Of a stretch of DNA of 64,000 nt, positions 54,927 through 64,000 are shown one piece after another. Each line of letters opens with the position of its first letter. The first letter of the stretch is position 1. The notes under the pieces were generated by a model. It searched no databases. It worked only from the letters and a program-made list of their open reading frames with translations, and was not told the origin of the DNA. A program made the translations under genes and the position numbers. This DNA comes from Caulobacteraceae bacterium (GTDB taxonomy: Bacteria; Pseudomonadota; Alphaproteobacteria; Caulobacterales; Caulobacteraceae), in NCBI GenBank assembly GCA_035524315.1, contig DATKPD010000012.1, forward strand, positions 3,503 through 67,502, given 5' to 3'.

Positions 54927-55694
54927 TCAAGCTTGAGCCGGGATCAGGCCGCGCGCCGCGTCCATCCGCAGGCGCATGCTGGCGATGGCCGCCGGCAAGC
55001 CGGTGAAGATCGCCTCGCCGATCAGGAAATGGCCGATGTTCAGCTCCACCACCTGCAGTATCTGCGACACGGGCTCCACGCTGTCGAAGTCGATGCCATG
55101 GCCGGCGTGCACCTCCAGCCCCCGGCGCGAAGCGTCGATCGCCGCCTCCTTGAGCTGCTGCAGCAGACGCACGGCCTGGTCCTTGTGGCCCGCCTTGACC
55201 GCGTCGCAGTAGGCCCCGGTGTGCAGCTCCACCACCTGGGCGCCCAGGGCCTCGGCCATTTCGATCTGCGGGCCGGCCGGCTCGATGAACAGCGACACGC
55301 GCACGCCCGCCTGAACCAGGCCCTCGATCACCGGGGCGATGGCCTTGCGGCCACGCACCACGTCCAGCCCACCCTCGGTCGTGCGCTCCTCGCGCCGCTC
55401 GGGCACCAGACACGCGGCGTGGGGGCGATGGCGCTGGGCTATGGCCAGCATCTCGTCGGTCACCGCCATTTCCAGGTTCAGCGGACGCCCGGCCTTGCTG
55501 CACAGCGCCGACAGGGCGTCGATGTCGGCGTCGGATATATGCCGACGATCCTCGCGCAGGTGCGCGGTGATGCCGTCCGCGCCCGCCGACAGGGCGAGGC
55601 TGGCCGCGCGCAGGGGCTCGGGATGGGCCCCGCCGCGCGCGTTGCGGATGGTGGCCACGTGGTCGATGTTGACCCCAAGGCGAAGCCGGCTCAC
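54927..55694 (-). CDS. pdxJ: pyridoxine 5'-phosphate synthase
   Basis: 255 aa. GTG 55694 ([20 protein letters not shown]) overlaps the pyrE stop as GTGA. The track ORF is over-extended to 55895. Confidence 0.93.
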   Translation of the reverse strand: MSRLRLGVNIDHVATIRNARGGAHPEPLRAASLALSAGADGITAHLREDRRHISDADIDALSALCSKAGRPLNLEMAVTDEMLAIAQRHRPHAACLVPERREERTTEGGLDVVRGRKAIAPVIEGLVQAGVRVSLFIEPAGPQIEMAEALGAQVVELHTGAYCDAVKAGHKDQAVRLLQQLKEAAIDASRRGLEVHAGHGIDFDSVEPVSQILQVVELNIGHFLIGEAIFTGLPAAIASMRLRMDAARGLIPAQA

Positions 55695-56275
55695 GCCGAC
55701 AGTCTCCGGCTGCCCGGATCCTCGATCGGGATCGCCGCCAATTCGGGCGGCAGGGCGTCGGCGGGATAGGCCGGCACGTCCAGCGTGGCCAGGGCCGCCA
55801 GCGGCGCGCCCACGTCGGCCCGTCCGCCCGAGCGATCGACGATACAGCCGGCCACCACCACCTCGCCGCCTGCCGCACGGATCGCGGCGATGCACTCACG
55901 CGAACTCAGGCCGGTGGTGACGATGTCCTCGACCATGGCCACCTTGGCCCCCGGCGGGATGGCAAAGCCCCGCCGCAGCTTGAACTGGCCGGCTTCGCGT
56001 TCGACGTAGAGCGAGGGGACACCCAATTGGCGCGCTGTCTCATAGCCGGGGATGATGCCGCCCACGGCCGGCGAGATCACCAGGCTGACCTCCGGCGCCA
56101 GGGCGCGGATCTTGTCGGCCAGGGCCTTGCACAGGCGCTCGGTGCGCGCCGGGCTCATGAACACCAGGTTCTTCTGCAGGAACACCGGGCTGTGCAGCCC
56201 CGACGACAGCACGAAGTGCCCTTCGCGCAAGGCTCCAGCGGCGCGGAATTCGGCGATCACGTCGTCGGTGGTCAT
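55691..56275 (-). CDS. pyrE: orotate phosphoribosyltransferase
   Basis: 194 aa from Met49 of the track ORF ([16 protein letters not shown]). PRPP-binding [11 protein letters not shown] motif. Confidence 0.93.
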   Translation of the reverse strand: MTTDDVIAEFRAAGALREGHFVLSSGLHSPVFLQKNLVFMSPARTERLCKALADKIRALAPEVSLVISPAVGGIIPGYETARQLGVPSLYVEREAGQFKLRRGFAIPPGAKVAMVEDIVTTGLSSRECIAAIRAAGGEVVVAGCIVDRSGGRADVGAPLAALATLDVPAYPADALPPELAAIPIEDPGSRRLSA

Positions 56276-56434
56276 GGCGGGCGTCCTCAGGGTCGGCAGG
56301 GCTCGCCGCTGGCTAAACCCCGCGCGTCGTGCGCGCAAGACCGCGCCGTTTGGGGTCGGCCTAAATGACAGCGGCAGCAAGCGGGCCGCGATCGAAAGCG
56401 AAGACCGAGAGACTACCACCGAGGCAGTACCGGC

Positions 56435-57883
56435 CTACCGCCGCACATGCACCACCGCGTACCGGTCCGCGTAGAGCCGCCGCCAGCGGGGATCGGCGTC
56501 GAGCGTGGCGATGAGGGGACTGGAGGGCTCCAGGAAGGTCCAGGCGATGCGATACTGCGCCGCCGCCGCGTCGAACGCCTCGCCGCCCGGCCGCTCCATC
56601 GCGTCGTAGCGGGCGATGAAGGCGTCGCCGTACATGTCGGTGCGGCCGTCGATGAACGGCTTGACGCGGGCATAGATCAGATAGCCGCCCAGGTCGTAGC
56701 TGTTGAACACCGGCTGGGCGCGCAGGGCCGCCGGCACGTGGGCCAGGGCGCTGACCGGAGAGACGCGCCCGTCGCCCGGATCGAACGGGAGCAACAGCCT
56801 CAAGAGGCACAGGGCCGCGATCCCCGCCGCCGCGAGGCCTGCCGCTCGCCGATCGGGCCGGCGATCTGGCTGTACGCGCCCCGGCCCGGCCAGGGCCTCC
56901 GCCAGCAGGGGCGCGCCGATCAGGACCAGAAGGGTCTCATGCCGCACATGGGCCAGGGTCATGTAGAGCAGCGCCAGCAACAGGCCCAGACGCGCGGGCG
57001 CCAGCCTGACGCCGCGCGACAGCATCACCCATAGCCCCGCCAGAATGGCGATCTCCACCGGTGGCAGATGCTGGAAGTCGGGGCTGCGCCATTCGGTGAT
57101 GCCGGCCAGGCTGCCCATGCCGTTGACCTTGAGCGGGAACAGCAGGCCGTCCAGGCCGTGCGGCGTGATCAGGGCGGCCAGCACCGCGCCCACGCCGAAC
57201 CCGCCCCATTGCAGAAAGACGCGCCGCCACGCCTTGGGCTCGGTCAGCAGGGCGTCCAGCGCGAAGGCGCCGACCAGCAGGATGCCGAACAGGAAGCTGG
57301 CGTGGGCGTTGGCCCACGCGATCATCAGCAGCAGCCAGGCCGGCGAAGGCGCGCGGCCGGCTGCGCGGGCGTCCAGCAGGGCGCCGATCCACAGCACCAG
57401 GAGCGGCAAGGCCAGGAAGTGCGGCCGAGCGAGGAAGCTCGGCGCCAGGCACGCGCCGATCAGCGCCAGGGCCAGGATCAGGGCGGTCGGCGTCAGAAGC
57501 CGGCTCAGCCGCGCCGCCGTCAGTCCGATCGCCGTCGCCGCCGCCGCGCCGGTCAGGGCCATCATGCCCGCCCATCCGGCGACGCGCCAAGCCAAGGCCA
57601 TGACGAGCTCGGCCAGCCATTCGTGGGTGTCCCACGGCTTGCCGGCAAAGGTGTAGGAGAAGCTGTCGGTGCGGATCACCTGATGATGGTCCAGCATCCA
57701 TTGGCCGGCGGCGATGTGCCAATAGGTGTCGCCGTCGCCGAGCACCTGGGGCGCGAACAGGCCGACAGCGAAGGCCAGCACGGCGGCCAGGGCGATAAGC
57801 CCCGCCCTGCTCCATCCGGCTGACACGCTCAGAGCCGCCCCGAAGCTCGCCGCGTCGTCCGCCTTGCCCGCCTGATAGACCAC
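56435..57883 (-). CDS. polytopic membrane protein, possible GT-C-fold glycosyltransferase
   Basis: 482 aa, about 12 hydrophobic segments. Acidic loop GDGDTYWHIAAGQW after TM1. No firm family assignment from sequence alone. Confidence 0.6.
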   Translation of the reverse strand: MVYQAGKADDAASFGAALSVSAGWSRAGLIALAAVLAFAVGLFAPQVLGDGDTYWHIAAGQWMLDHHQVIRTDSFSYTFAGKPWDTHEWLAELVMALAWRVAGWAGMMALTGAAAATAIGLTAARLSRLLTPTALILALALIGACLAPSFLARPHFLALPLLVLWIGALLDARAAGRAPSPAWLLLMIAWANAHASFLFGILLVGAFALDALLTEPKAWRRVFLQWGGFGVGAVLAALITPHGLDGLLFPLKVNGMGSLAGITEWRSPDFQHLPPVEIAILAGLWVMLSRGVRLAPARLGLLLALLYMTLAHVRHETLLVLIGAPLLAEALAGPGRVQPDRRPDRRAAGLAAAGIAALCLLRLLLPFDPGDGRVSPVSALAHVPAALRAQPVFNSYDLGGYLIYARVKPFIDGRTDMYGDAFIARYDAMERPGGEAFDAAAAQYRIAWTFLEPSSPLIATLDADPRWRRLYADRYAVVHVRR

Positions 57884-57969
57884 GTCCTCGCCCCGCCCCG
57901 ACCGCGCAGGACGCCAGCAAGCCTGACAGGGCTGAAGATTAGCCTAAAGATGGGATAAATCCGGGCCGA

Positions 57970-60291
57970 TCAGCCCTTGGCGCGGTGGACCTCTTCCACC
58001 GCCGGGCAGGCGCGCAGGGCCGCGGAGATCAGGGTCAGGTGGCGCGCGTCGCGCACCTCCAGCTCGAACTCGGCCTCGAAAAAGTCCGCCTGGCGTCGGT
58101 GCATCGCCAGATTGACGATGTTGCCGCCGGTCTCGCCGATGATGGTGCACACTTGGCCCAGCACGCCGGGCGCATTGCGGATGATCGCGTTCAGGCGCAC
58201 CGCCGACACGGTGCTCTGCTCGGCCAGGGCGGTCCAGTGCAGGTCGCGCCACAGCTCTTCGCGGTCCTCGTACTGGGCCAGGTTGGCGCAGTCGATCGCG
58301 TGCACGGTGATGCGCCCGTCGTCGCCGGCGATGCCGACGATGCGGTCGCCGGGCGTGGGCGTACAGCATTCGGCGAAGTGCAGCTTGGCCCCAGAACCCA
58401 GCTTGACCCCGCGCACGAACAGGCGCGCGTCCGGCCCGTCCTGGATGCGGCGGCGCGCGGTCGCGGCGGCCCGCTCGTCGGCCTTCAGACCGGGGAACAC
58501 CGCTTCGAGAATGCCCTCGACGGGTATGCGCCCGCGGGCGACGCCGACGAACAGGTCCTCCTCGGTGGCCATGGCGAACCGGTCGAGCGCCGGACGCAGC
58601 GACACCTCGCTGCGCGACTTGCCGGCCCGGGCGAACACCTCCTCGATCGAGGCGCGCCCGACGCGCACCAGCTCCTCGCGTTCGGTCTGGCGCATGTGCC
58701 GGCGGATGGCCGAGCGCGCGCGGCCGGTCACGGTCAGAGACTGCCACTCGGTCAGGGGCGCCGGGCGCGCGCCGCGCACGATCTCGACCACGTCGCCGTT
58801 CTGCAGCGTGGTGCGCAGGGGCTTCAGCTCGCCGTTGATCTTGGCCCCGACGGTGGTGTCGCCGACGTTGGTGTGCACAGCGTAGGCGAAGTCGAGCGGC
58901 ATGGCCCCGGTGGGCAGGCTGATCAACTGGCCCTTGGGCGTGAACACGAACACCTGGTCGAGGAACATCTCCAGCTTGGCGTGCTCGACCAGTTCCTCGG
59001 CGTCCCCGCCGTTCTCCAGCACCTGCACCAGCTGGCGCAGGTTGTTGATCGGATCGCGCCCGCCGTCGGCCTCGGCCGCCTCGGCGTCGAAGCCGTAGGA
59101 GCGGTCCTTGTAGCGCCAGTGCGCGGCCACGCCCTCCTCGGCGATGCGGTCCATGGCCTCGGTGCGGATCTGCAGCTCGATGCGCATGCCGCGCGGCCCC
59201 ACCACCGTGGTGTGCAGCGAGCGATAATTGTTGCGCTTGGGCGTGGAGATGAAGTCCTTGAACCGCTCGGGCACGCTGGACCAGGCCCTGTGGACCACGC
59301 CCAGGGCGCGGTAGCAGTCGTCCTCGGACTCCACGATCACGCGGAAGGCGTAGATGTCCGACAGCTGGGAAAAGCCGATCGACTTGCGCTGGAGCTTGCG
59401 CCAGATCGAATAGGGGTGCTTCTCGCGGCCGTAGACCCGCGCCGGAATGCCGGAGTCCTCAAGCCTCGCCGACACTTCGCCGCTGACGATGGCCACGGCC
59501 TGCCCCTGCGACGAGCGCAGCGCCTCCAGCCGGCGGATGATGGCGGTGCGGGCGCGGGGGTTGATCTGCTCGAACGCCAGCTCCTCCAGCTCCGAACAGA
59601 TGCGGTGGCAGCCGATGGCGCGCGCCAGGGGCGCGAAGATGTCGAGGGTTTCGCGGGCGATGCGCTCGCGCTTGGCCTGTTTGGGCAAAAAGCCCAGGGT
59701 GCGCATGTTGTGCAGCCGGTCGGCCAGCTTGATCATCAGCACGCGCACGTCGCGCGAGATGGCCAGGATGAACTTGCGCAGGTTCTCGGCCTGGCGCAGG
59801 TGCTCCTCGTTCAGCTCCAGGCGCGACAGCTTGGTCACGCCCTCGACCAGCTCGGCGATCTCCTCCCCGAACAGCTCGGCGATGTCCTGGCGTGTGGCCG
59901 GGGTGTCCTCGATCACGTCGTGCAGCAGCGCCGAACAGATGGTGGCGGTGTCCAGCCGGTAGTCGGTCAGGATGCCGGCAACCTCGATCGGGTGGGCGAA
60001 ATAGGGATCGCCGGAGGCGCGGGTCTGACTGCCATGCATGCGAATGGCGTAGACATAGGCGCGGTTGAGCAGGTTCTCGTCGGCCGTCGGGTCGTAGCTC
60101 TTGACCCGTTCGATCAGTTCGTATTGGCGCAGGTACTTGGGACGGGCGGTCAGGGCCGAGCTGGGCGCGTCGTCATAGGCCGCCGGCAGTTGCACCCCGC
60201 CGATGGGAAACGCCGTGGCGCTGTCCGGATCGTCGTCCAAGGTTTCGGTCATGGGGAAGGCGGCGACTGTATCCGACGCCGCCTCTAGCAA
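57970..60291 (-). CDS. spoT: bifunctional (p)ppGpp synthetase/hydrolase (RelA/SpoT homologue)
   Basis: HD hydrolase (HPIEVA...HDVIEDT), synthetase (YRSLHTTV), TGS and ACT domains. The start is TTG 60291 or ATG 60252 (MTETLDDD). Confidence 0.95.
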   Translation of the reverse strand: MLEAASDTVAAFPMTETLDDDPDSATAFPIGGVQLPAAYDDAPSSALTARPKYLRQYELIERVKSYDPTADENLLNRAYVYAIRMHGSQTRASGDPYFAHPIEVAGILTDYRLDTATICSALLHDVIEDTPATRQDIAELFGEEIAELVEGVTKLSRLELNEEHLRQAENLRKFILAISRDVRVLMIKLADRLHNMRTLGFLPKQAKRERIARETLDIFAPLARAIGCHRICSELEELAFEQINPRARTAIIRRLEALRSSQGQAVAIVSGEVSARLEDSGIPARVYGREKHPYSIWRKLQRKSIGFSQLSDIYAFRVIVESEDDCYRALGVVHRAWSSVPERFKDFISTPKRNNYRSLHTTVVGPRGMRIELQIRTEAMDRIAEEGVAAHWRYKDRSYGFDAEAAEADGGRDPINNLRQLVQVLENGGDAEELVEHAKLEMFLDQVFVFTPKGQLISLPTGAMPLDFAYAVHTNVGDTTVGAKINGELKPLRTTLQNGDVVEIVRGARPAPLTEWQSLTVTGRARSAIRRHMRQTEREELVRVGRASIEEVFARAGKSRSEVSLRPALDRFAMATEEDLFVGVARGRIPVEGILEAVFPGLKADERAAATARRRIQDGPDARLFVRGVKLGSGAKLHFAECCTPTPGDRIVGIAGDDGRITVHAIDCANLAQYEDREELWRDLHWTALAEQSTVSAVRLNAIIRNAPGVLGQVCTIIGETGGNIVNLAMHRRQADFFEAEFELEVRDARHLTLISAALRACPAVEEVHRAKG

Positions 60292-60314
60292 AAGCGGATC
60301 TGCCCCTGGTGGGT

Positions 60315-60674
60315 TCAGTACCGCTCCTCCTGTCCGCCATCGCGGTCGCTCTGCAGAGCGCGCACGAGTTCCTGTTCGCTCATATGCATGTGCTGAGGAT
60401 CGGCCAGCAGGGCGAGGGTTTCCGCCTCTTCCTCGGCTTCCGACCGCTCATCGACCCGTTGCAGGGTTCCGATCAGGGTTTCCTTGAGCGCCTCGGCGTC
60501 GATCACGTCATCGGCGATCTCGCGCAGGGCGACCACGGGGTTCTTGTCGTTGTCGCGATCGACCATGATCTGGGCGCCGGCCGACACCGCGCGCGCCCTG
60601 TGGGCCGACAGCAGCACCAGGCTGAAACGGTTGGGAACCTTCTCGACGCAATCTTCGACGGTAACGCGGGCCAT
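60315..60674 (-). CDS. rpoZ: DNA-directed RNA polymerase subunit omega
   Basis: 119 aa from Met24 of the track ORF: [28 protein letters not shown]. Confidence 0.94.
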   Translation of the reverse strand: MARVTVEDCVEKVPNRFSLVLLSAHRARAVSAGAQIMVDRDNDKNPVVALREIADDVIDAEALKETLIGTLQRVDERSEAEEEAETLALLADPQHMHMSEQELVRALQSDRDGGQEERY

Positions 60675-60743
60675 GGACTCTCTCGGACGGCTGAATGGGC
60701 TAGAATAGGGCGCTGAGGCGTCCGTGGCAATGTTCGCGGACAC

Positions 60744-61250
60744 TTATTGGTCGATTGGTCGCGCGTCGGCGCCGGTCTCAGCCTCCCCGGCCAGGTCCGC
60801 AGCGGTCCTGCCCAGCACCGGATGACGCCACTCGGGCGCGATCTCGGCCAGGGGTCCCATCACGAACAGCCGCTCGGCCGCGCGGGGATGTGGCACGGTC
60901 AGTTCGGGCGTGTCCAGCACCGTCCGCCCATGGGCGATCAGGTCCAGATCCAGCACGCGGGGACTGTTCCTGGGCCCTTCGCGCGGACCGAACTGGGCCT
61001 CCAGGCCGCGCAGCGCCCGCAGGATCTCGATCGCCGGCAGGTCGCAGCGGGTCAGGACCACGCCGTTGAGGAAGGCCGGCTCGGCGGGATCGGGCCAGGC
61101 GGCCGAGCGCCACCAGCGCGAGCGGGCCAGGACGGGCAGGCCGATCGCATCCAGGCGCGCCACGGCCGTCTCCAGCGCCTCGCGCACTGAGCCAAATGAC
61201 CCGGCCAGATTGCCGCCGATGGCCAGCAGCGTAAGATCGTCCGTGTTCAT
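60744..61250 (-). CDS. folK: 2-amino-4-hydroxy-6-hydroxymethyldihydropteridine diphosphokinase
   Basis: 168 aa. RVLDLDLI and LTVPHPR motifs. Confidence 0.9.
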   Translation of the reverse strand: MNTDDLTLLAIGGNLAGSFGSVREALETAVARLDAIGLPVLARSRWWRSAAWPDPAEPAFLNGVVLTRCDLPAIEILRALRGLEAQFGPREGPRNSPRVLDLDLIAHGRTVLDTPELTVPHPRAAERLFVMGPLAEIAPEWRHPVLGRTAADLAGEAETGADARPIDQ

Positions 61251-61287
61251 CGAGTCGATGTCGGTTCCTCCGGATTTCAGAGTTCCA

Positions 61288-61875
61288 ATGGCCTTTTACC
61301 CCACCGACAGGATCGCCCTGTTCATCGATGGCGCGAACCTTTACGCCGCCGCCAAGAGCCTCAATCTCGATCTGGACTACAAAAAGCTGCTCGAGGAATT
61401 CCAAAAGCGCGGGGTGCTGATCCGCGCCTACTACTATACCGCCATCGCCGAGGATCAGGACTATTCGCCGATCCGTCCCCTGGTCGACTGGCTCGACTAC
61501 AACGGCTTCGCCGTGGTCACCAAGCCTGCTCGCGAATTCACCGACTCGACGGGCCGCAAGCGCACGCGCGGCGACATGGATATCGAGATCGCGGTCGACA
61601 TGATGGAGATGGCCGGCCACGCCGATCATCTGGTGCTGTTCTCGGGCGACGGCGATTTCCGCCGCGTGGTCGAGGCGGTCCAGGCCAAGGGCGTGCGGGT
61701 GACGGTGGTGTCGACCCTCAAGTCCCAGCCGCCGATGGCGTCCGACGACCTGCGCCGCCAGGCCGACGCCTTCGTCGACCTGCTCGACCTGGGCGGCATG
61801 ATCGGGCGCCCGCGTTCGGCCGGCGCCATGCCCCGCTTCCTGCAGCCCGCCGCCGACCACCACGATGACGCCTGA
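61288..61875 (+). CDS. NYN-domain (LabA/DUF88-like) predicted nuclease
   Basis: 195 aa from the internal Met of track ORF 60910..61875. ALFIDGANLY, DMDIEIAVD and LFSGDGDF acidic motifs of the PIN-like NYN fold. Confidence 0.82.
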   Translation: MAFYPTDRIALFIDGANLYAAAKSLNLDLDYKKLLEEFQKRGVLIRAYYYTAIAEDQDYSPIRPLVDWLDYNGFAVVTKPAREFTDSTGRKRTRGDMDIEIAVDMMEMAGHADHLVLFSGDGDFRRVVEAVQAKGVRVTVVSTLKSQPPMASDDLRRQADAFVDLLDLGGMIGRPRSAGAMPRFLQPAADHHDDA

Positions 61876-62509
61876 GACCCCGGCCGAGCCCCCGCGCGAC
61901 TGCCCCCTGTGCCCGCGCCTGGTCGAGTATCGCCGCGAGAACCAGCGCCGCGAGCCGACCTGGTTCAACGGCCCGGCCCCCTCGTTCGGCGACGAGAACG
62001 CGCGCCTGCTGGTGCTGGGCTTGGCCCCCGGCCGCGGCGGGGCCAACCGCACCGGGCGGCCCTTCACCGGCGATTTCGCCGGCGTGCTGCTCTACGAGAC
62101 CCTAATCAAGTTCGGCTTCGCCACGGGCGTCTACCGCGCCAGCCCCGACGACGGCGTGCGCCTGGTCGACTGCATGCTGTCCAACGCCGTGCGCTGCGCG
62201 CCCCCGGGCAACAAACCGACGCCGGCCGAGGAAAACACTTGCCGTCCGTTCCTGCTGGCGCGGTTCCAGCAGTTGCCCAGGCTGAAGGCGATCGTGACCC
62301 TGGGCGACGTGTCGCGGCGCAATCTGCTCAAGGCGCTGGGCTATTCAGGTTCGGCGGCGCCCGCCGGCCACGGCGTGCAGTTCCAGGCCGGCCCCTACCG
62401 CATCTTCAACAGCTATCACTGCTCGCGGCTCAACACGAACACCGGGCGGCTGACCCCGGCCATGTTCGAGGCGGTGTTCGAGCAGGTGCGCGCGCACCTG
62501 GACGGCTGA
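61865..62509 (+). CDS. uracil-DNA glycosylase superfamily protein, family 4/5-like with Fe-S cysteines
   Basis: 214 aa. CPLCPRL, GLAPGRGGANRTGRPFTGD, NAVRCAPP, CRPF and HCSRLNTNTG motifs. Overlaps the NYN gene by 11 nt. Confidence 0.8.
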   Translation: MTPETPAEPPRDCPLCPRLVEYRRENQRREPTWFNGPAPSFGDENARLLVLGLAPGRGGANRTGRPFTGDFAGVLLYETLIKFGFATGVYRASPDDGVRLVDCMLSNAVRCAPPGNKPTPAEENTCRPFLLARFQQLPRLKAIVTLGDVSRRNLLKALGYSGSAAPAGHGVQFQAGPYRIFNSYHCSRLNTNTGRLTPAMFEAVFEQVRAHLDG

Positions 62510-62515
62510 CGCGGC

Positions 62516-62968
62516 CTAGCCGTGATCGCGCATCAGGCGCGCCTTCTGGCGGTTCCAGTCGCGCTCGGCGGTGGCCTCGCGCTTGTCGTGGGCCTTCTTG
62601 CCCTTGGCCAGGCACAGCTCCAGCTTCACCCGGCCCTTGTCGTTGAAATAGAGCTTGGTCGGGATGAGGGTGCGCCCCTCGCGCTGGATCGCGCCCAGCA
62701 GCTTGTCGATCTCGCGCCGATGCAACAGCAGTTTGCGCGGCCGGCGCGGCTCGTGATTGAAGCGGTTGGCCGGGCCGTACTCCGGGATATAGGCGTTGAT
62801 CAACACGATCTCGTCGCCCTCGGTCGAGGCGTAGGACTCCGCGATGTTCGCCCGCCCTTCGCGTAGCGCCTTGACCTCCGTCCCGGTCAGCGACAGACCG
62901 GCTTCGAAGCTCGTTTCCAGGAAATAGTCGAACCGCGCGCGGCGGTTCTCGGCGATCAGCTTGGTCAC
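62516..62968 (-). CDS. smpB: SsrA-binding protein SmpB
   Basis: 150 aa from GTG 62968 ([17 protein letters not shown]); TTG 62977 is an alternative. The track ORF is over-extended to 63205. Confidence 0.92.
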   Translation of the reverse strand: MTKLIAENRRARFDYFLETSFEAGLSLTGTEVKALREGRANIAESYASTEGDEIVLINAYIPEYGPANRFNHEPRRPRKLLLHRREIDKLLGAIQREGRTLIPTKLYFNDKGRVKLELCLAKGKKAHDKREATAERDWNRQKARLMRDHG

Positions 62969-62973
62969 GCCCG

Positions 62974-63873
62974 TCAACTGGCTTTCGCCAGTCCGCCCAG
63001 CGCCTCGTCCAGCGCCGCCAGCACCTGGGGCCGCACGGCCTCGGCGCACGGGGTGATCGGCAGCCGCACGTCCTCGCGGCAAAGGCCCAGGTGCGCCATG
63101 GCGAACTTGGTCGGCGCCGGCGAGGCGTCCAGAAACAGCGCCTTGTGCAGGCGGATCATCCGGTCCTGCAGGCCCCGCGCGCCGATCCAGTCGCCGTCCA
63201 GGCACGCCTGCATGAAGCGGGCGAAGGGCTCGGGCGTCACGTTACAGCTCACCGAAATGCAGCCGTGTCCGCCATGGGCCATGTAGCCGAGCGCACTAGG
63301 ATCGTCGCCCGACAGGAGCACGAAGTCGTCCGGGCAGGTCAGGCGCATCAGACTCACGCGCGCCAGGTCGCCGGTGGCGTCCTTGATGCCGATGATGTTG
63401 GGCAGCTGCGCCAGGCGCGCCACGGTCTCGTTGGAAATGTCGCAGCCGGTGCGCGAGGGCACGTTGTACAGGATCACAGGCATCTGCACCGCGTCGTTGA
63501 TCGCGGCGAAGTGTTGGTAAAGCCCCTCCTGGCTGGGGCGGTTGTAATAGGGCGCCACGACCAGGGCGGCGTGCGCGCCCACAGTCTTGGCGTAGCGCAC
63601 CAGGTCGATCGCCTCGTCGGTGGCGTTCGAGCCCGCGCCCGCGATCACGGGAACCCGGCCGGCGGCGGTCTTGACGCACAGCGAGACCACCTTGCGGTGC
63701 TCGTCGTGGCTAAGGGTCGCGGTCTCGCCGGTGGTGCCTACCGGCACCAGGCCGTGCACGCCGGCGGCGATCTGACGCTCCACCAGCCGGACGAAGGCTT
63801 CCTCGTCCACCGCCCCGTCGCGGAAAGGGGTAATGAGCGCCGGAATGGCGCCCCTGAAGAAAGCGTCTGACAT
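62974..63873 (-). CDS. dapA: 4-hydroxy-tetrahydrodipicolinate synthase
   Basis: 299 aa from ATG 63873 ([17 protein letters not shown]); the track start is TTG 63894. [13 protein letters not shown] and IIGIKDATG (Schiff-base Lys) motifs. Confidence 0.94.
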   Translation of the reverse strand: MSDAFFRGAIPALITPFRDGAVDEEAFVRLVERQIAAGVHGLVPVGTTGETATLSHDEHRKVVSLCVKTAAGRVPVIAGAGSNATDEAIDLVRYAKTVGAHAALVVAPYYNRPSQEGLYQHFAAINDAVQMPVILYNVPSRTGCDISNETVARLAQLPNIIGIKDATGDLARVSLMRLTCPDDFVLLSGDDPSALGYMAHGGHGCISVSCNVTPEPFARFMQACLDGDWIGARGLQDRMIRLHKALFLDASPAPTKFAMAHLGLCREDVRLPITPCAEAVRPQVLAALDEALGGLAKAS

Positions 63874-64000
63874 GATGTCCCGTTGGGCGTGCAATTAGCT
63901 GTGATGCGACGCCGCGGATCGTTGCGGCTTCGAGTTGGCCGGACAATATGGCCGCGACCTCAGCTCAGGCAACCGTTTGGCGTCCAAACCCTGCCACAGA

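Noticed and set aside
57985-60288. 767-aa plus-strand ORF
   Set aside because: It is antisense to spoT (HD, synthetase, TGS and ACT domains on the minus strand) and has no motifs of its own.

Overview
This is a 64-kb, densely coding chromosomal segment at roughly 65-68% GC. Gene content and order look like a Caulobacterales-type alphaproteobacterium: clpX sits next to a divergent cicA-like HAD gene, and there is a two-domain cold-shock protein, an orphan motB and an oversized PhaC. I can support 72 protein-coding genes, six tRNA genes and a few terminators or regulatory sites. The tRNAs are Val-TAC, Asp-GTC, Arg-TCT, Pro-TGG, Glu-TTC and Pro-GGG, all on the minus strand. About 78% of CDSs are also on the minus strand. 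The content is overwhelmingly core housekeeping: nuoA-F with a small intercalated ORF, hup-lon-clpX, recJ-glpX-hom, phaC, rplM-rpsI, ctaA, ihfA-fabH-plsX and hppA. It also holds the tightly packed glyA-nrdR-ribD-ribE-ribBX-ribH-nusB-thiL string, hemA/hemB, motB, bpt, parC, the pyrE-pdxJ-acpS-lepB-rnc-era-recO string, spoT-rpoZ-folK and smpB-dapA. I see no CRISPR array, IS element, integrase, prophage or multi-gene defence island. The only clearly foreign DNA is a ~0.6-kb, ~47% GC single-gene insert (10593..11174) abutting the 3' end of tRNA-Arg. It encodes an orphan protein with an R-N-x3-H (HEPN-like) motif. That is my best candidate for something undescribed, but it is one gene and its function is inference only. 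Lesser second-look items are a Ros/MucR paralogue that has lost three of four zinc ligands, and a rib operon whose RibA-like domain has no cysteines and whose RibD lacks the deaminase half. Others are a Lys/Pro/Ala-rich N-terminal tail on PhaC, an FNR-type box upstream of hemA, a methyltransferase/hydrolase/OmpW module with a GC dip, and an overlapping NYN-nuclease/UDG pair. Many long ORFs in the supplied track are antisense or out-of-frame shadows typical of high-GC DNA and were rejected. Several real genes start downstream of the track ORF start or use GTG/TTG.
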